The translations under genes were made by a program, and so were the position numbers. The notes under the pieces were generated by a model that ran no database searches, had not been told where the DNA came from, and saw only the letters and a program-made list of their open reading frames with translations. 64,000 nucleotides of DNA. It comes from Dehalococcoidia bacterium (GTDB lineage: Bacteria > Chloroflexota > Dehalococcoidia > Lucifugimonadales > CATOSD01). Every line of letters begins with the position of its first letter. Position 1 is the first letter of the stretch. The stretch is taken from positions 183,037 to 247,036 of the forward strand of contig CBDBBO010000001.1 in the NCBI GenBank assembly GCA_965203135.1. The letters run 5' to 3'. This document shows, in pieces, positions 1 through 9,486 of this stretch.

Positions 1-394
1 GCGCGCTGGGGAAGTTGGGGACCGGCCTTTCGCCGGAGAGGTCCATGTTCCAGCCCACGTGGTCCTGGTGGAGGTGCGTGTGGACCACTACGTCCACGTC
101 GCCGGGGCGCACGCCCTTTACGCGCAGCTGGTTCAGCAGGTCGCCGGTGCGGTTGCCGCGCGAGGCGTGCGGCCCCGGCCCCTGGCCGGTGTCCACTAGC
201 ACCGTCTTGCCCCGCGTGCGGACGAAGAAGCAGCCATAGTACAGTTGCAGCGTCCCCTCCGTTAGAGCGTCCGGGTACGGTTGCCAGCTCTCCAAGGGGA
301 CGGCAGGGAAGAAGTCCGTGGCCGCCCTCGGCGGCGGCACCATGTCCAGCACGGAGACTATCTGGGCGCCGCCTACGGTTATGCTTGCCGGCAT
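1..394 (-). CDS. MBL-fold metallo-hydrolase (lactonase-like), N-terminal part only; gene runs off the window start
   Basis: Own minus-strand translation from ATG 394 (AAGGAG upstream): MPASITVGGAQIVSVLD...DVVVHTHLHQDHVGWN, the HxHxDH motif. Absent from the ORF track because there is no stop in the window. Confidence 0.75.
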   Translation of the reverse strand, partial: MPASITVGGAQIVSVLDMVPPPRAATDFFPAVPLESWQPYPDALTEGTLQLYYGCFFVRTRGKTVLVDTGQGPGPHASRGNRTGDLLNQLRVKGVRPGDVDVVVHTHLHQDHVGWNMDLSGERPVPNFPSA

Positions 395-452
395 TGGTCT
401 GCTCCTTAACCGGGACTCCGGTTGATTCGGTCCGCCTGACTGTAGTGAAGCG

Positions 453-1229
453 TCACACTGAGTAGTCGAGCGGGGGCATGAAGAACTCGTACTTCTCGGC
501 GTCGCTGTATCCCTCCATGGGAGATGGAGAAATACCGTGGCTGTCTATGGCGGCCCTTACGATGTCCCTCGTGAACTTGCCTATGGAACTCTCGCCAAGC
601 ACCTCTTCGACAGGCATCCAGACGCACGCCTCGATCTCCTCCTCCTGCATGACTATCTTGCTGCTCAGCGGGGAGAGGCGGCACACGAAGTAGATGTCGG
701 ATTTGCCGTAGCGGTAGCCGTGCCAGTGGCGGAAGCACACTAGCGATTCGAACTGGGTCCTGATCCCGGTCTCCTCGTACACCTCGCGGACGGCCGCTTC
801 GGCCACGTGCTCGCCTCGTCGCAAGGCCCCACCGGGCAGCTTGAAGGAGAACCCCTTACGGCTCGGGTTCCACTCCTTGTAGCGCTCCGACACCACCAGG
901 AGCTCGTTGGCCTCGTTGACGACCACGCCGCCCACACCCACGTAGTGCGTGGCATATGGGGGGATGAACGCGCCTGTCTCCAGCCGTAGCGTCAGCAGCA
1001 CGTTTGAGGCGCTGGCGTGGTGGTAGGTGAAGCCGGCGTCAACCGCGACCGGCACCAGCGCGGCCCTGGAGATGGGCACTTCCAGCCAGACCACCTTGTA
1101 GCCCTCGGCGCTCCAAGCCGCGAGGGAGAAAGCCAGTTGCTCGCGGAATCGCTCCGCGTCACTCTCCAGCGCTCCGGGGTCTACCACCACTCCGCCAAAG
1201 GGATTGGGCGACGCCTGTATCAGCTCCAT
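453..1229 (-). CDS. Nudix hydrolase with N-terminal accessory domain
   Basis: 258 aa ORF with a Nudix box: GGALRRGEHVAEAAVREVYEETGI. Confidence 0.85.
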   Translation of the reverse strand: MELIQASPNPFGGVVVDPGALESDAERFREQLAFSLAAWSAEGYKVVWLEVPISRAALVPVAVDAGFTYHHASASNVLLTLRLETGAFIPPYATHYVGVGGVVVNEANELLVVSERYKEWNPSRKGFSFKLPGGALRRGEHVAEAAVREVYEETGIRTQFESLVCFRHWHGYRYGKSDIYFVCRLSPLSSKIVMQEEEIEACVWMPVEEVLGESSIGKFTRDIVRAAIDSHGISPSPMEGYSDAEKYEFFMPPLDYSV

Positions 1230-1238
1230 GGTAATGCC

Positions 1239-2063
1239 TCACTCGTTCAGACTGTACTGCACGGCGGTTGAGGTGACCCGCCCTTCCTTGGCGAGCTTTT
1301 CGAGGTGAGTCGTTACGTTTCGCTCCGCGGACTGCCGCAGCCCTCGCTTCAGGTTGCGGGGATATATGTCGCGCGTGATGTCCGACACCTCCGAGAGACC
1401 TTTCGCCAGCGCGTCGAGCACCTGTTGCTCGCGCTCTTCCCGGTGGTCGATGTACCACTGCACGAGCCGTCTGCCGCGCGGCGGCGGGACGACCGGGCCG
1501 TGCGCCGGGCCTACGGTGTCGTGGGGAAACCTCGTCAGCAGCTTCAGCGACTTCATATAGCTCGACAGGTCTCGCACGGTCGACGACGACGCGCCCAGCA
1601 CGCTGTCGCCGGTGAACATTGTTCTGTCCTCTTTCAGGTAGTAGCAGACGTGGTCTATCTCGTGGCCCGGCGTGAACAGCGCCCTTAGCGTCGCGCCGCC
1701 GCCCGTGCGGATGACTTCCCTGGACTTGAGCGGCGACACCGTTCCCTTGCCCACCATCTTCTCCAGGCGCTCGGCGAGCTTGGGGTGGCACCGGACGGGG
1801 GCGCCCGTGGCGTCGTGGACGCGGTCCGCGCCGCCAACGTGGTCCTGGTGGCCGTGCGTTATCAGAATGTTATTTATCTTGGGACGCCCCAGTTCCTCGT
1901 AGTAGTCCAGGATCATTCCGGTCCATTCCCGGTCGTGCTCGCCGGTGTCGATGATAGTCATCTCATCGTCAGGGTCTCCGACGAAGTAGTTGTTGCTACC
2001 GCCGGGGTGAGCGACTCCCCCGTCGTCGATGTGCATGACGTAAACGTGCTCGCTAATCTGCAT
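1239..2063 (-). CDS. MBL-fold metallo-hydrolase with C-terminal winged-helix-like tail
   Basis: 274 aa. Contains ITHGHQDHVGGA (HxHxDH) and a later FTPGHE motif. Its stop lies 10 nt before the Nudix gene start. Confidence 0.85.
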   Translation of the reverse strand: MQISEHVYVMHIDDGGVAHPGGSNNYFVGDPDDEMTIIDTGEHDREWTGMILDYYEELGRPKINNILITHGHQDHVGGADRVHDATGAPVRCHPKLAERLEKMVGKGTVSPLKSREVIRTGGGATLRALFTPGHEIDHVCYYLKEDRTMFTGDSVLGASSSTVRDLSSYMKSLKLLTRFPHDTVGPAHGPVVPPPRGRRLVQWYIDHREEREQQVLDALAKGLSEVSDITRDIYPRNLKRGLRQSAERNVTTHLEKLAKEGRVTSTAVQYSLNE

Positions 2064-2124
2064 GTTTGCCTCTCGTCTGGGCTATCTGTGTTCGCCGCGC
2101 CGGTGCTTGCCCCGTTCGACTGCT

Positions 2125-4446
2125 CTACTCGGACGAGGCGCGCGCAGCTTGCAGCGCCTCGACCACCTTGCCGGGCGACATGGGCAGCTCGGTCATGCGG
2201 ACGCCGACGGCGTCGTAGATTGCGTTGGCCACCGCGGCCATGGGTGGCACGATGGACACCTCGCCCACGCCCCGAACGCCGTATGGGTGGCCGGGATTGG
2301 CGACCTCCACGATCACCGTGTCGATCATCGGAAGATCGAGCGACGTGGGCATCCTGTAGTCCAGGAAGGTGGGGTTCATCATCTGCCCTTGCCCGTCGAA
2401 GTAGTACTCCTCGTTCAGCGCCCAACCGATGCCCTGCACCGCTCCGCCCTGAATCTGGCCCTCGACGTAGCTGGGATGAATCGCTTTGCCGGCGTCTTGC
2501 ACGGCGGTGAACCGTAGGACGTCCACCTTGCCGGTGTCCGGGTCTACTTCCACGTCGACGATGTGGAACGCGAAGGCGTTTCCCACCCCGCCGGGATTTA
2601 CGGTGGCGCGTCCCACTATCGGGCCGCCGGTGTCGTTGAGCTGTGCGGCCAACTCCCCGAAGGTCATGCTCAGCTCCGAGTCCTGTCGGTGCCGCAACCC
2701 GCCCTTCGCGTACTCCACCTCGTCCGGGGATACCTCCCAGATGCGGGCGGCGCGGTCGACCATCTGGGACCGGATGTCCTGAGCGGCCTCGTAGCAGGCG
2801 TGTCCCATCTTGAAGGTTACGCCACTGCCGCCCGCGCCCGAGCTGTACCCGATGGAGTCGGTGTCCACTATGGCGGGCTTCACCAGGTCCACCGAGATGC
2901 CGAGCGCCTCGGCCACGTGCATGGCCATAGCCGCGCGGCTGCCCCCGATGTCGGGCGAGCCTTCGATGAGGCTGACGGTGCCGTCCGGGTTGACGCTGGC
3001 CACCGCGCTGGCCGGACCCGACCCGTTGAACCACGCGCCGCTTGCGACGCCGCGCCCTCGATTCGGCCCCTCCAGGGCGCTCTTGTAATGCGGATGTTCC
3101 CTGGATGCCTCCAGCATCTCCACGTTGCCTATGCGCAAGAATGCCGGCCCGGCGACCTGGCGCGTGCCCTCCCTGGAGGCGTTCAGCAGTCTGAACTCGA
3201 TGGGGTCCACGGAGAGCTTTTCGCAAAGCTCGTCGACCACCGTCTCGGCGGCGAATGCGGCGGCGGGCGAGCCGGGGGCGCGGTACGCAGCGGTCTTCTG
3301 CGTATTCACCACGACGTCCAGGCCCTCTACAAGGACGTTGGGGATGTCGTAGGGGGCCAGCATAGTGCGGCAGCCCGACGACACCGGCGAGCCGGGGAAG
3401 GCTCCCGCCTCGTACACAAGCCGGGCCTGCGCGGCGGTCAGCTTACCGTCGCTCGTCGCGCCCATCTTCACCCAAATCCGCGAGGCCGAGGTCGGCCCCG
3501 TGCCCTGGAACACCTCCGTGCGGGTCATGGTGAGCTTCACGGGGTGGCCGGTCTTGCGGGACAGTGCCGCGGCCACCGGCTCCAGGTAGCAGCCTCCCTG
3601 TCCCTTGCCGCCGAAGCCTCCGCCGATCTCCATCGGCACCAGCTTGACCCGCGACACCGGGATTCCGAGTATTCGCGAGGTATGGTCCCGTAGTGGAAAG
3701 TGGCCCTGGCTGCTGGTCCACACGGTCACGTAGTCGTCGTCGCCCCAGTAGGCGGTCGCCGAGTGGGGTTCGATGTAGCCCTGGTGCACGGCCTTCGTAC
3801 GGAACTCGCGCTCCACTACAACGTCGGCCTCCGAGAAGCCCTTGTCCGGGTCGCCCATGCGGAACTCGAACCTGTTGGCGAGGTTGGTCGGACTCTCCGA
3901 GTCCGTCGCGCCCCATCCGCCCGCGCGCGACGCCGCGCTGGTCATGGTGAGCAGCTTCTCGTGCAGGGCCGGCGCTCCTTCCTTCAACGCTTCCTCGGCG
4001 GTGAGGACGGCGGGCAGCACGTCGTAATCGACGTCGATGAGCGACAGAGCCTGCTCCGCCTCGTGGGCCGAAACCGCCGCCACCGCGGCCACCGCGTGTC
4101 CGGCGTACAGCGCCTTCTCACGCGCCATCACGTTGCGGCTGTAGAAACCGTAGTTGAGATTGGAACCTTCCCGCGCCTCCGCGGATATTTCGGGCAGGTC
4201 CGCGGCGGTGACAACCGCGCGCACTCCCGGCATGGCCAGCGCGCCGCTCGCGTCGATGGACCTGATGCGCGCGTGCGCGTGCGGACTCCGCAGCAGCCGC
4301 GCGTACAGCACTCCCGTAGACGGTGTGTCCGCGGCGTAGCGCGCGCGGCCGGTCACCTTCTCGTAGCCGTCGTGGCGGATGGGCCGCGTGCCCACGACGT
4401 TGAAGTCCTGGTTCGACAGGACCACGTTGGGCTCGTATGTGGTCAT
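2125..4446 (-). CDS. Molybdopterin-binding oxidoreductase, xanthine dehydrogenase / aldehyde oxidase / CoxL-family large subunit
   Basis: 773 aa. N-terminus FNVVGTRPIRHDGYEKVTGRARYAAD and C-terminus GVRGVGEVSIVPPMAAVANAI are typical of the family. AGGAGG RBS precedes ATG 4446. No small or medium subunit gene lies adjacent. Confidence 0.9.
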   Translation of the reverse strand: MTTYEPNVVLSNQDFNVVGTRPIRHDGYEKVTGRARYAADTPSTGVLYARLLRSPHAHARIRSIDASGALAMPGVRAVVTAADLPEISAEAREGSNLNYGFYSRNVMAREKALYAGHAVAAVAAVSAHEAEQALSLIDVDYDVLPAVLTAEEALKEGAPALHEKLLTMTSAASRAGGWGATDSESPTNLANRFEFRMGDPDKGFSEADVVVEREFRTKAVHQGYIEPHSATAYWGDDDYVTVWTSSQGHFPLRDHTSRILGIPVSRVKLVPMEIGGGFGGKGQGGCYLEPVAAALSRKTGHPVKLTMTRTEVFQGTGPTSASRIWVKMGATSDGKLTAAQARLVYEAGAFPGSPVSSGCRTMLAPYDIPNVLVEGLDVVVNTQKTAAYRAPGSPAAAFAAETVVDELCEKLSVDPIEFRLLNASREGTRQVAGPAFLRIGNVEMLEASREHPHYKSALEGPNRGRGVASGAWFNGSGPASAVASVNPDGTVSLIEGSPDIGGSRAAMAMHVAEALGISVDLVKPAIVDTDSIGYSSGAGGSGVTFKMGHACYEAAQDIRSQMVDRAARIWEVSPDEVEYAKGGLRHRQDSELSMTFGELAAQLNDTGGPIVGRATVNPGGVGNAFAFHIVDVEVDPDTGKVDVLRFTAVQDAGKAIHPSYVEGQIQGGAVQGIGWALNEEYYFDGQGQMMNPTFLDYRMPTSLDLPMIDTVIVEVANPGHPYGVRGVGEVSIVPPMAAVANAIYDAVGVRMTELPMSPGKVVEALQAARASSE

Positions 4447-4580
4447 GGTCGTTCCTCCTGGGCAGGGGATGCGCCAAATTTACCACAAACGAGTCGCAAA
4501 GAGAGACCCCGCCTACATGAAGCGGGGTCTCTCGTGTCGGCGGATGTACGCGGCGAGCACAAGGCCCGCCACCGGATGGG

Positions 4581-5510
4581 CTACTGGCGCGGCGCCTGTG
4601 CCGGGGCGGGATTCACCAGGTCCATTCCGAGCGTGCCGGGGAACATGGCCGCTATCTCTTCCACGCTCCAGCGGCCCTGGGTTGAGAGCGTCCGGACCGG
4701 CTCGGGGTTGCTCATCAGCGACACCTCGCCGCCCGTGACGTGGAACACCTGGCCGTTGACGTCCTTGGCGGCGTCCGAGGCCAGCCATGTCACCATCGGC
4801 GCGATGTCATCAGGCTCGCGCCGCAGCCGGATGGGCTGCGCGCCGGACGCGCTCTGAATGCCGCTGGCGGCCCTGATCTGCCGCGCGGTGTCCGGCACCG
4901 TCGCCGTCATGCGCGTGTCGGCGCCGGGCGATATGGAGTTGGCGCGCGCGCCGTAGCGGCCCATGTCGCGCGCGAAACAGCGCGTCAGGCCGGCTATTCC
5001 GTCCTTGGCCGCGCCGTAGTTGGCCTGCCCGGAGTTGCCGTACAACCCCGACGTGGACGAGAAGGTTATCAGGCAGCCGCTGCGCTGCTGCCGGTACAGG
5101 ATCGAGGCGAACTTGGCGACCGTGAAGGTGCCCTTGAGGTGGACGGCGATCACGGCGTCCCACTCATCCTCGGTCATATTGAATATCATGCGGTCCCTGA
5201 GGATGCCGGCGGGTGTCACGACGATGTCCAGCTTGCCGAACGTGTCGACCGCCGTGCGGATTATGTTCTCGCCGCCCTCCATGGTGGCCACCGAGTCGTA
5301 GTTCGCGACGGCGGTGCCGCCAGCCTCCTTGATCTCCTGAACCACCTGGTCGGCCGGGGCGGCCGCGCCGCCGGAGCCATCCACCGCCGCGCCCAGGTCG
5401 TTCACGACCACCTTCGCGCCCTCTTCGGCGAACAGCAGCGCGATGCCACGGCCAATGCCTCGGCCCGAGCCGGTTACGACGGCTACTTTGTCCTTGAGCA
5501 TGTCTCCCAT
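4581..5510 (-). CDS. Short-chain dehydrogenase/reductase (MFE-2-type hydroxyacyl-CoA dehydrogenase-like)
   Basis: 309 aa. TGSGRGIGRG Rossmann motif and YGAAK catalytic motif. Confidence 0.85.
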   Translation of the reverse strand: MGDMLKDKVAVVTGSGRGIGRGIALLFAEEGAKVVVNDLGAAVDGSGGAAAPADQVVQEIKEAGGTAVANYDSVATMEGGENIIRTAVDTFGKLDIVVTPAGILRDRMIFNMTEDEWDAVIAVHLKGTFTVAKFASILYRQQRSGCLITFSSTSGLYGNSGQANYGAAKDGIAGLTRCFARDMGRYGARANSISPGADTRMTATVPDTARQIRAASGIQSASGAQPIRLRREPDDIAPMVTWLASDAAKDVNGQVFHVTGGEVSLMSNPEPVRTLSTQGRWSVEEIAAMFPGTLGMDLVNPAPAQAPRQ

Positions 5511-5562
5511 ATGTTGCTATCTCCTGAAGCCATTCGAGTGAGGCTGAGTATGGTTATCGCGG

Positions 5563-6471
5563 CTACTGCCTTGGCGGTTGAGGCGGCGAGGGATTGACCA
5601 GCCCCTGGGTCAGCTTGGTGGGCGCCAGCCTGCTGATCTCGTCCAGCGTCCAGCGGCCGTTCTTGAAGATCGTGCGAATCCTGCGCGGCTGCGACAGCAG
5701 CGTGATGTTGCCGCCGTAGACGAGAAACGTCTGCCCGTTGACGTTGGCGGCCATGTCGCTCGCCAGGTACGCCACGAACGGCGCGATGTCGTCGGGGTCC
5801 ATGGTCTCTTGCTCGGAGGGCAGTTGGTCTTCCTGGCCCTGCCGCGCGATGTCGGGGATGGTGGCTATCATGCGCGTCTGGGCGCGCGGCGCGATGGAGT
5901 TGGCCGTGACGCCGTAGCGTCCCATATCGCGGGCGACCACCTTGGTGAAGCCGGCGATGCCGGACTTGGCGGCGCCGTAGTTGACCTGCCCGGTGTTGCC
6001 GACCAGGCCCGACTCGGAGCTGAAGGTGATGACGCGGCCGCTGCGCTGCTGCCTGAACAGGATGCAGGCGTGCTTGACCACGGAGAACGTGCCCTTGAGA
6101 TGGACGTCGATCACCGCGTCCCATTCGTCCTCGGTCATATTGAAGACCATGCGGTCGCGCAGGATGCCGGCGGGCGTCACCACGATGTCCAGCTTGCCGA
6201 AGTTGTCGAGCGCAGCCTTCACGATGTTCTCGCCGCCCTCCATGGTGGCGACCGACTCGTAGTTCGCGACGGCGGTGCCGCCTGCCGCCTCGATCTCGCC
6301 GACAACCTGGTCGGCCGGCGCGGCGGACTCGCCGGTGCCGTCAACCGCGCCGCCTATGTCGTTCACGACGACGCTCGCGCCCTCGGCGGCCAGCGTCATG
6401 GCTATGCCACGGCCGATTCCTCGGCCCGCGCCCGTGACGATCGCCACCTTCCCAGTCAAAGTGTCTGCCAT
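5563..6471 (-). CDS. Short-chain dehydrogenase/reductase, tandem paralogue of 4581-5510
   Basis: 302 aa. TGAGRGIGRG and YGAAK motifs. Long shared blocks with its neighbour (VVTPAGILRDRM.FNMTEDEWDAVI.VHLKGTF). Confidence 0.85.
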   Translation of the reverse strand: MADTLTGKVAIVTGAGRGIGRGIAMTLAAEGASVVVNDIGGAVDGTGESAAPADQVVGEIEAAGGTAVANYESVATMEGGENIVKAALDNFGKLDIVVTPAGILRDRMVFNMTEDEWDAVIDVHLKGTFSVVKHACILFRQQRSGRVITFSSESGLVGNTGQVNYGAAKSGIAGFTKVVARDMGRYGVTANSIAPRAQTRMIATIPDIARQGQEDQLPSEQETMDPDDIAPFVAYLASDMAANVNGQTFLVYGGNITLLSQPRRIRTIFKNGRWTLDEISRLAPTKLTQGLVNPSPPQPPRQ

Positions 6472-6508
6472 GAACTCTCCTTTCGAAGTTCGATCTCTCT
6501 GCTAACTC

Positions 6509-7804
6509 TTAGCTCGGGTGCTTGCTGAACATGATGAAGCCGCAGCTGTCGGGCGTGTTGCAGCCCGCGAGGGCGGTGTCGGCCCGTACCGTTACTTGCC
6601 GCGGCCCTGCCGTGCCTCTGAGCTGCTCTAGGCAGTCGGAGTAGATGGCGGCGCGGTTGCGTCCCGTCCCGTTGTTTCCTCCGCTGGACATGAAGGGATG
6701 CGGCCCTTCGACCCTGATGTCGTCGGCGTAGAAGTCGTGGGCCTCTCCCCACTTCACGCCGTGCCACTGGAAGCCCTCCAGGAACTGCTGGGTGAACGTG
6801 AGGTAGCCATCATACGGGTTGAAGATGTCGACATCCGCAGGACCCAGGCCGGAACCTTCCCACATCTTCCGCGCGAGGCTGGCGACCGCGTCCTGGTGCT
6901 CATCCAGGGTCGCCATGGTGCTTCTGCCCCGGATGTTGTTCTGCGCGTGGTTGAGGATGTAGACAGGCTTCTGCCTCAGGTCTTTGGCGCGTTCGGCGGT
7001 GGTGAAGATGAAGGCCACGCACGTGTTGATCGGCCTGTCGCAGTCGTAGATCAGAAGCGGCTCCTCAACCACGCGCCCGTTCAGGTACTCCTCCCGCGTT
7101 ATCTGGTGAGGCTCGTGCAGGGCGTAGAAGCTCCAGGGTGTCATCAGGCCGTTTCTTCGCAGGTTCATGCAGAGAGGAGCCAGCGCGTCGTGAGACGTGC
7201 CGTACTTCTGGCAGTACTGAAGGAATACAGTCAGGTTGTTGAACATCGCGCCGCTCTGATATCCCCACGGAAGTGAGAAGGCGCTGTTGCCGTGCGCCTC
7301 ATTGCTGACGTTCTGCGGGTTGTTGTGCCCGTACCGGCCCGAGAGGTTGACCATCGGGTACCACACCAGGGCGGTCTCGCACAGCCCGTCCCCGACCGCC
7401 TGGGCGGCCAGGCCCATCATCGGTCCGATGTAGGGCGAGTCCGACTTGATGTAGTGTACGTTCTTCAGGCCCAACTCCCTCTGTATCCACTCCCCCGAGG
7501 CGTAAGTCAGGCCGTCTTCGGTGTCGTAGGGAGGGTCGAAGTAGGGGCGCGGCGCCCAGGTCTGTTCTGCGCGCGTCTCAGCGCTGGTGATAAGCCCGTC
7601 GATGTCGTCCAGCGACAGGCCCGCGTCCGCGATTGCCTTCAGGCACGCCTCCTTGGTCAGGCCGCCGCAACTCCTGTCCATTGTCACGCCGTCCCAGCGC
7701 CGGTCGATGTGGGACTGGCCCCAGCCCACGACGGCGACCTTTCCGCGGTGCTCCCAGACTCCCATGCCTTCCTGGTCTCTCATCCAACCTGTTTGTGCAA
7801 CCAT
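6509..7804 (-). CDS. Thiolase-fold protein, SCP-x / lipid-transfer-type thiolase
   Basis: 431 aa. GAGGGAG RBS lies 5 nt before ATG 7804. It is paired with a downstream DUF35 gene, the usual arrangement for these thiolase or aldolase complexes. Confidence 0.8.
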   Translation of the reverse strand: MVAQTGWMRDQEGMGVWEHRGKVAVVGWGQSHIDRRWDGVTMDRSCGGLTKEACLKAIADAGLSLDDIDGLITSAETRAEQTWAPRPYFDPPYDTEDGLTYASGEWIQRELGLKNVHYIKSDSPYIGPMMGLAAQAVGDGLCETALVWYPMVNLSGRYGHNNPQNVSNEAHGNSAFSLPWGYQSGAMFNNLTVFLQYCQKYGTSHDALAPLCMNLRRNGLMTPWSFYALHEPHQITREEYLNGRVVEEPLLIYDCDRPINTCVAFIFTTAERAKDLRQKPVYILNHAQNNIRGRSTMATLDEHQDAVASLARKMWEGSGLGPADVDIFNPYDGYLTFTQQFLEGFQWHGVKWGEAHDFYADDIRVEGPHPFMSSGGNNGTGRNRAAIYSDCLEQLRGTAGPRQVTVRADTALAGCNTPDSCGFIMFSKHPS

Positions 7805-7859
7805 ATCGGCTCCCTCATGCCCAGCGTGTTACCGGCCGTGTCCTCAAGATCCGTGCGGG

Positions 7860-8288
7860 CTAGGTGACCACCCGCCACTCGTGGACCAACTGGCCGGTGC
7901 TCGTCTCTTCGAAGATCAGTTCCACCTGCGCACCGACCGGCACCTCGCCCGGCGGCGTGCCCGGCAGGTTCGACAGGAAGTTTATTCCCGGGTCCTCGTC
8001 CAGGGTAATCACCGCGAAGTTGATGGGCTGTGCGGACTGGAACCCCCTGATCCGGGAGTCGCGTATCACCATGTACACTTCGATGTGTCCCTTGCCCTCC
8101 ACCTCTCTCCACTCGAAGGTGTCGCCGGTACCGCACTGCTCGCACTGCGGGGTGGGCGGGTACTTCAATCTCTCGCAGTATGTGCAATACTGCAGAACGA
8201 GCCGCCGCTCGTTGCAGGCGTCCCAGAAGGGCTTTGTCAGCTCGTTCGGGACAGGCGCCGGTCTCTCCAATCCTGGAATCGTTGACAT
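7860..8288 (-). CDS. DUF35 OB-fold / Zn-ribbon acyl-CoA-associated protein
   Basis: Zn ribbon YCTYCERLKYPPTPQCEQCG. Start moved to ATG 8288 (MSTIPGLE, AGGAG upstream) because the ORF-track start 8366 overlaps the tRNA-Sec gene. Confidence 0.85.
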   Translation of the reverse strand: MSTIPGLERPAPVPNELTKPFWDACNERRLVLQYCTYCERLKYPPTPQCEQCGTGDTFEWREVEGKGHIEVYMVIRDSRIRGFQSAQPINFAVITLDEDPGINFLSNLPGTPPGEVPVGAQVELIFEETSTGQLVHEWRVVT

Positions 8289-8311
8289 GGTTCTTATCTC
8301 CTGTGGCTTCT

Positions 8312-8409
8312 TGGCGGGAGCGAGAGGGAGTCGAACCCACCATCCCGACCGCAGGGCCGGGACCAACGGATTTGAAGTCCGCGAGACCCACCAGGGCCCA
8401 TTCGCTCCC
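8312..8409 (-). tRNA. selC: tRNA-Sec (selenocysteine), anticodon UCA
   Basis: The reverse complement reads GGGAGCGA-AU-GGGCCC-UGGU-GGGUCU-C-GCGGA-CUUCAAA-UCCGU-(24-nt variable arm)-GGUGGG-UUCGACU-CCCUC-UCGCUCCC-G-CCA. It has an 8-bp acceptor stem, a 6-bp D stem with a 4-nt loop, a long variable arm and a 5-position T stem. Anticodon is at 8373-8375. Confidence 0.9.
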
Positions 8410-8454
8410 CTGATTATGATGCCGGCCGCGGGCCGGCGGCGGCACGGCCAGGGG

Positions 8455-8781
8455 CTAAGCCAGCGACTCTTCCAGCTTCTCCTTTAGCGCAGACTTGGGC
8501 ACCGCGCCCACAACCTGGCTTACGGGCACGCCGCCCTTGAAGATGAGCAGTGTGGGGATGCCCCTAATGCCGTAGCCGAAGTATGTCTTGGGGTTGCTAT
8601 CTATGTCCATCTTCGCGAACTTCACCCGGCCGTCGTACTCCTCCGCCAGGTCCTCCACTATCGGCGCGATCATCTTGCAGGGCGCGCACCAGTCCGCCCA
8701 GAAGTCCACCAGCACAGGTACGTCCGCCTTCAGCACGTCGGCGTCGAAGGTGTCGTCGGTTACGTCTACGGGATGCGACAT
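8455..8781 (-). CDS. trxA: Thioredoxin
   Basis: WADWCAPCK active site. Start set to ATG 8781 (MSHPVDV), with GGAGGA 5 nt upstream. Confidence 0.9.
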   Translation of the reverse strand: MSHPVDVTDDTFDADVLKADVPVLVDFWADWCAPCKMIAPIVEDLAEEYDGRVKFAKMDIDSNPKTYFGYGIRGIPTLLIFKGGVPVSQVVGAVPKSALKEKLEESLA

Positions 8782-8901
8782 GTCATTCCTCCGCAATTCC
8801 TAGTCCGGCGAGCGGGACCTCGATGAGTCGCCGTCGCCCTACACTCACAATTCAATGTATCACCCCGGCCTGTGGCGTGAGAACAAGCCGGCGGCGCGCC
8901 C

Positions 8902-9486
8902 CTACCTCCTGTAGTCGATGTAGTCGAGAAGAATGTCGTCCACTTCGTTCCACCAGAGCGTGCCCAGCGTCATACCCTGGGGCACGTCGAACACCATCCA
9001 GCCGCTCACCTGCGTCTGGCGGGCCAGCTCGATTTTGCCCCACAGAAACGGCACGTACAGGTTCGAATCGTCGCCGGCGCTGTCCAGGAACTCGGCCGAT
9101 CCCACCGGATCCACCGCCTCCACGCGGCGCGAACGCCGGTCGCCGATCTCCGCGGCCGCCTCGTCCACCAGCAGCGGCACCACGGTCGTGGTCCTGTTAA
9201 CGATGGTCACCTTCGCCACCGCGATTCGGCGGTTCGACGCGATGGGGCGAATCACGCGGTGCCGGCCATCGGCCCCGACGTAGGCCACCCTATCGACGAC
9301 CTCCGGAAGTGTGGAATGGATCTCCAGACTCCGGCCCCGCTTGGCGACCAAGTCCGATTCATCGCCTCCACATCCCGCGGCCGTCAACAACAGCGCGGCG
9401 GCGGCAAGCGCCATCAGGGCCACACTCAGGTACTTTCTTGGCGCTCCCGCCAGCGGAAGTTGTTGCGTGCGCATTCGCAGGTTCAT
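8902..9486 (-). CDS. Hypothetical lipoprotein (beta-rich, DUF4352-like)
   Basis: 194 aa. Signal peptide with lipobox LLLTAAGC. The family assignment comes from general sequence character only. Confidence 0.55.
   Translation of the reverse strand: MNLRMRTQQLPLAGAPRKYLSVALMALAAAALLLTAAGCGGDESDLVAKRGRSLEIHSTLPEVVDRVAYVGADGRHRVIRPIASNRRIAVAKVTIVNRTTTVVPLLVDEAAAEIGDRRSRRVEAVDPVGSAEFLDSAGDDSNLYVPFLWGKIELARQTQVSGWMVFDVPQGMTLGTLWWNEVDDILLDYIDYRR

Noticed and set aside
1958-3226. 422-aa ORF antisense to or out of frame with the molybdopterin oxidoreductase gene. Similar long shadow ORFs include 18030-20189, 25746-27785, 35947-37179, 47234-48607 and 59379-60416.
   Set aside because: They have Arg/Gly/Pro/Ala-rich low-complexity translations typical of alternative frames in high-GC DNA. 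Each overlaps a gene with clear family motifs.
2125-4446. Orphan XDH/CoxL-type large subunit without adjacent FAD and [2Fe-2S] subunit genes, considered as an anomaly.
   Set aside because: Stand-alone or distally encoded subunits are common in this family. Nothing in the sequence itself is unusual.
7860-8366. The ORF-track start at 8366 for the DUF35 gene.
   Set aside because: The first 26 codons overlap the tRNA-Sec gene (8312-8409). An internal ATG at 8288 with an AGGAG RBS gives the conserved N-terminus.
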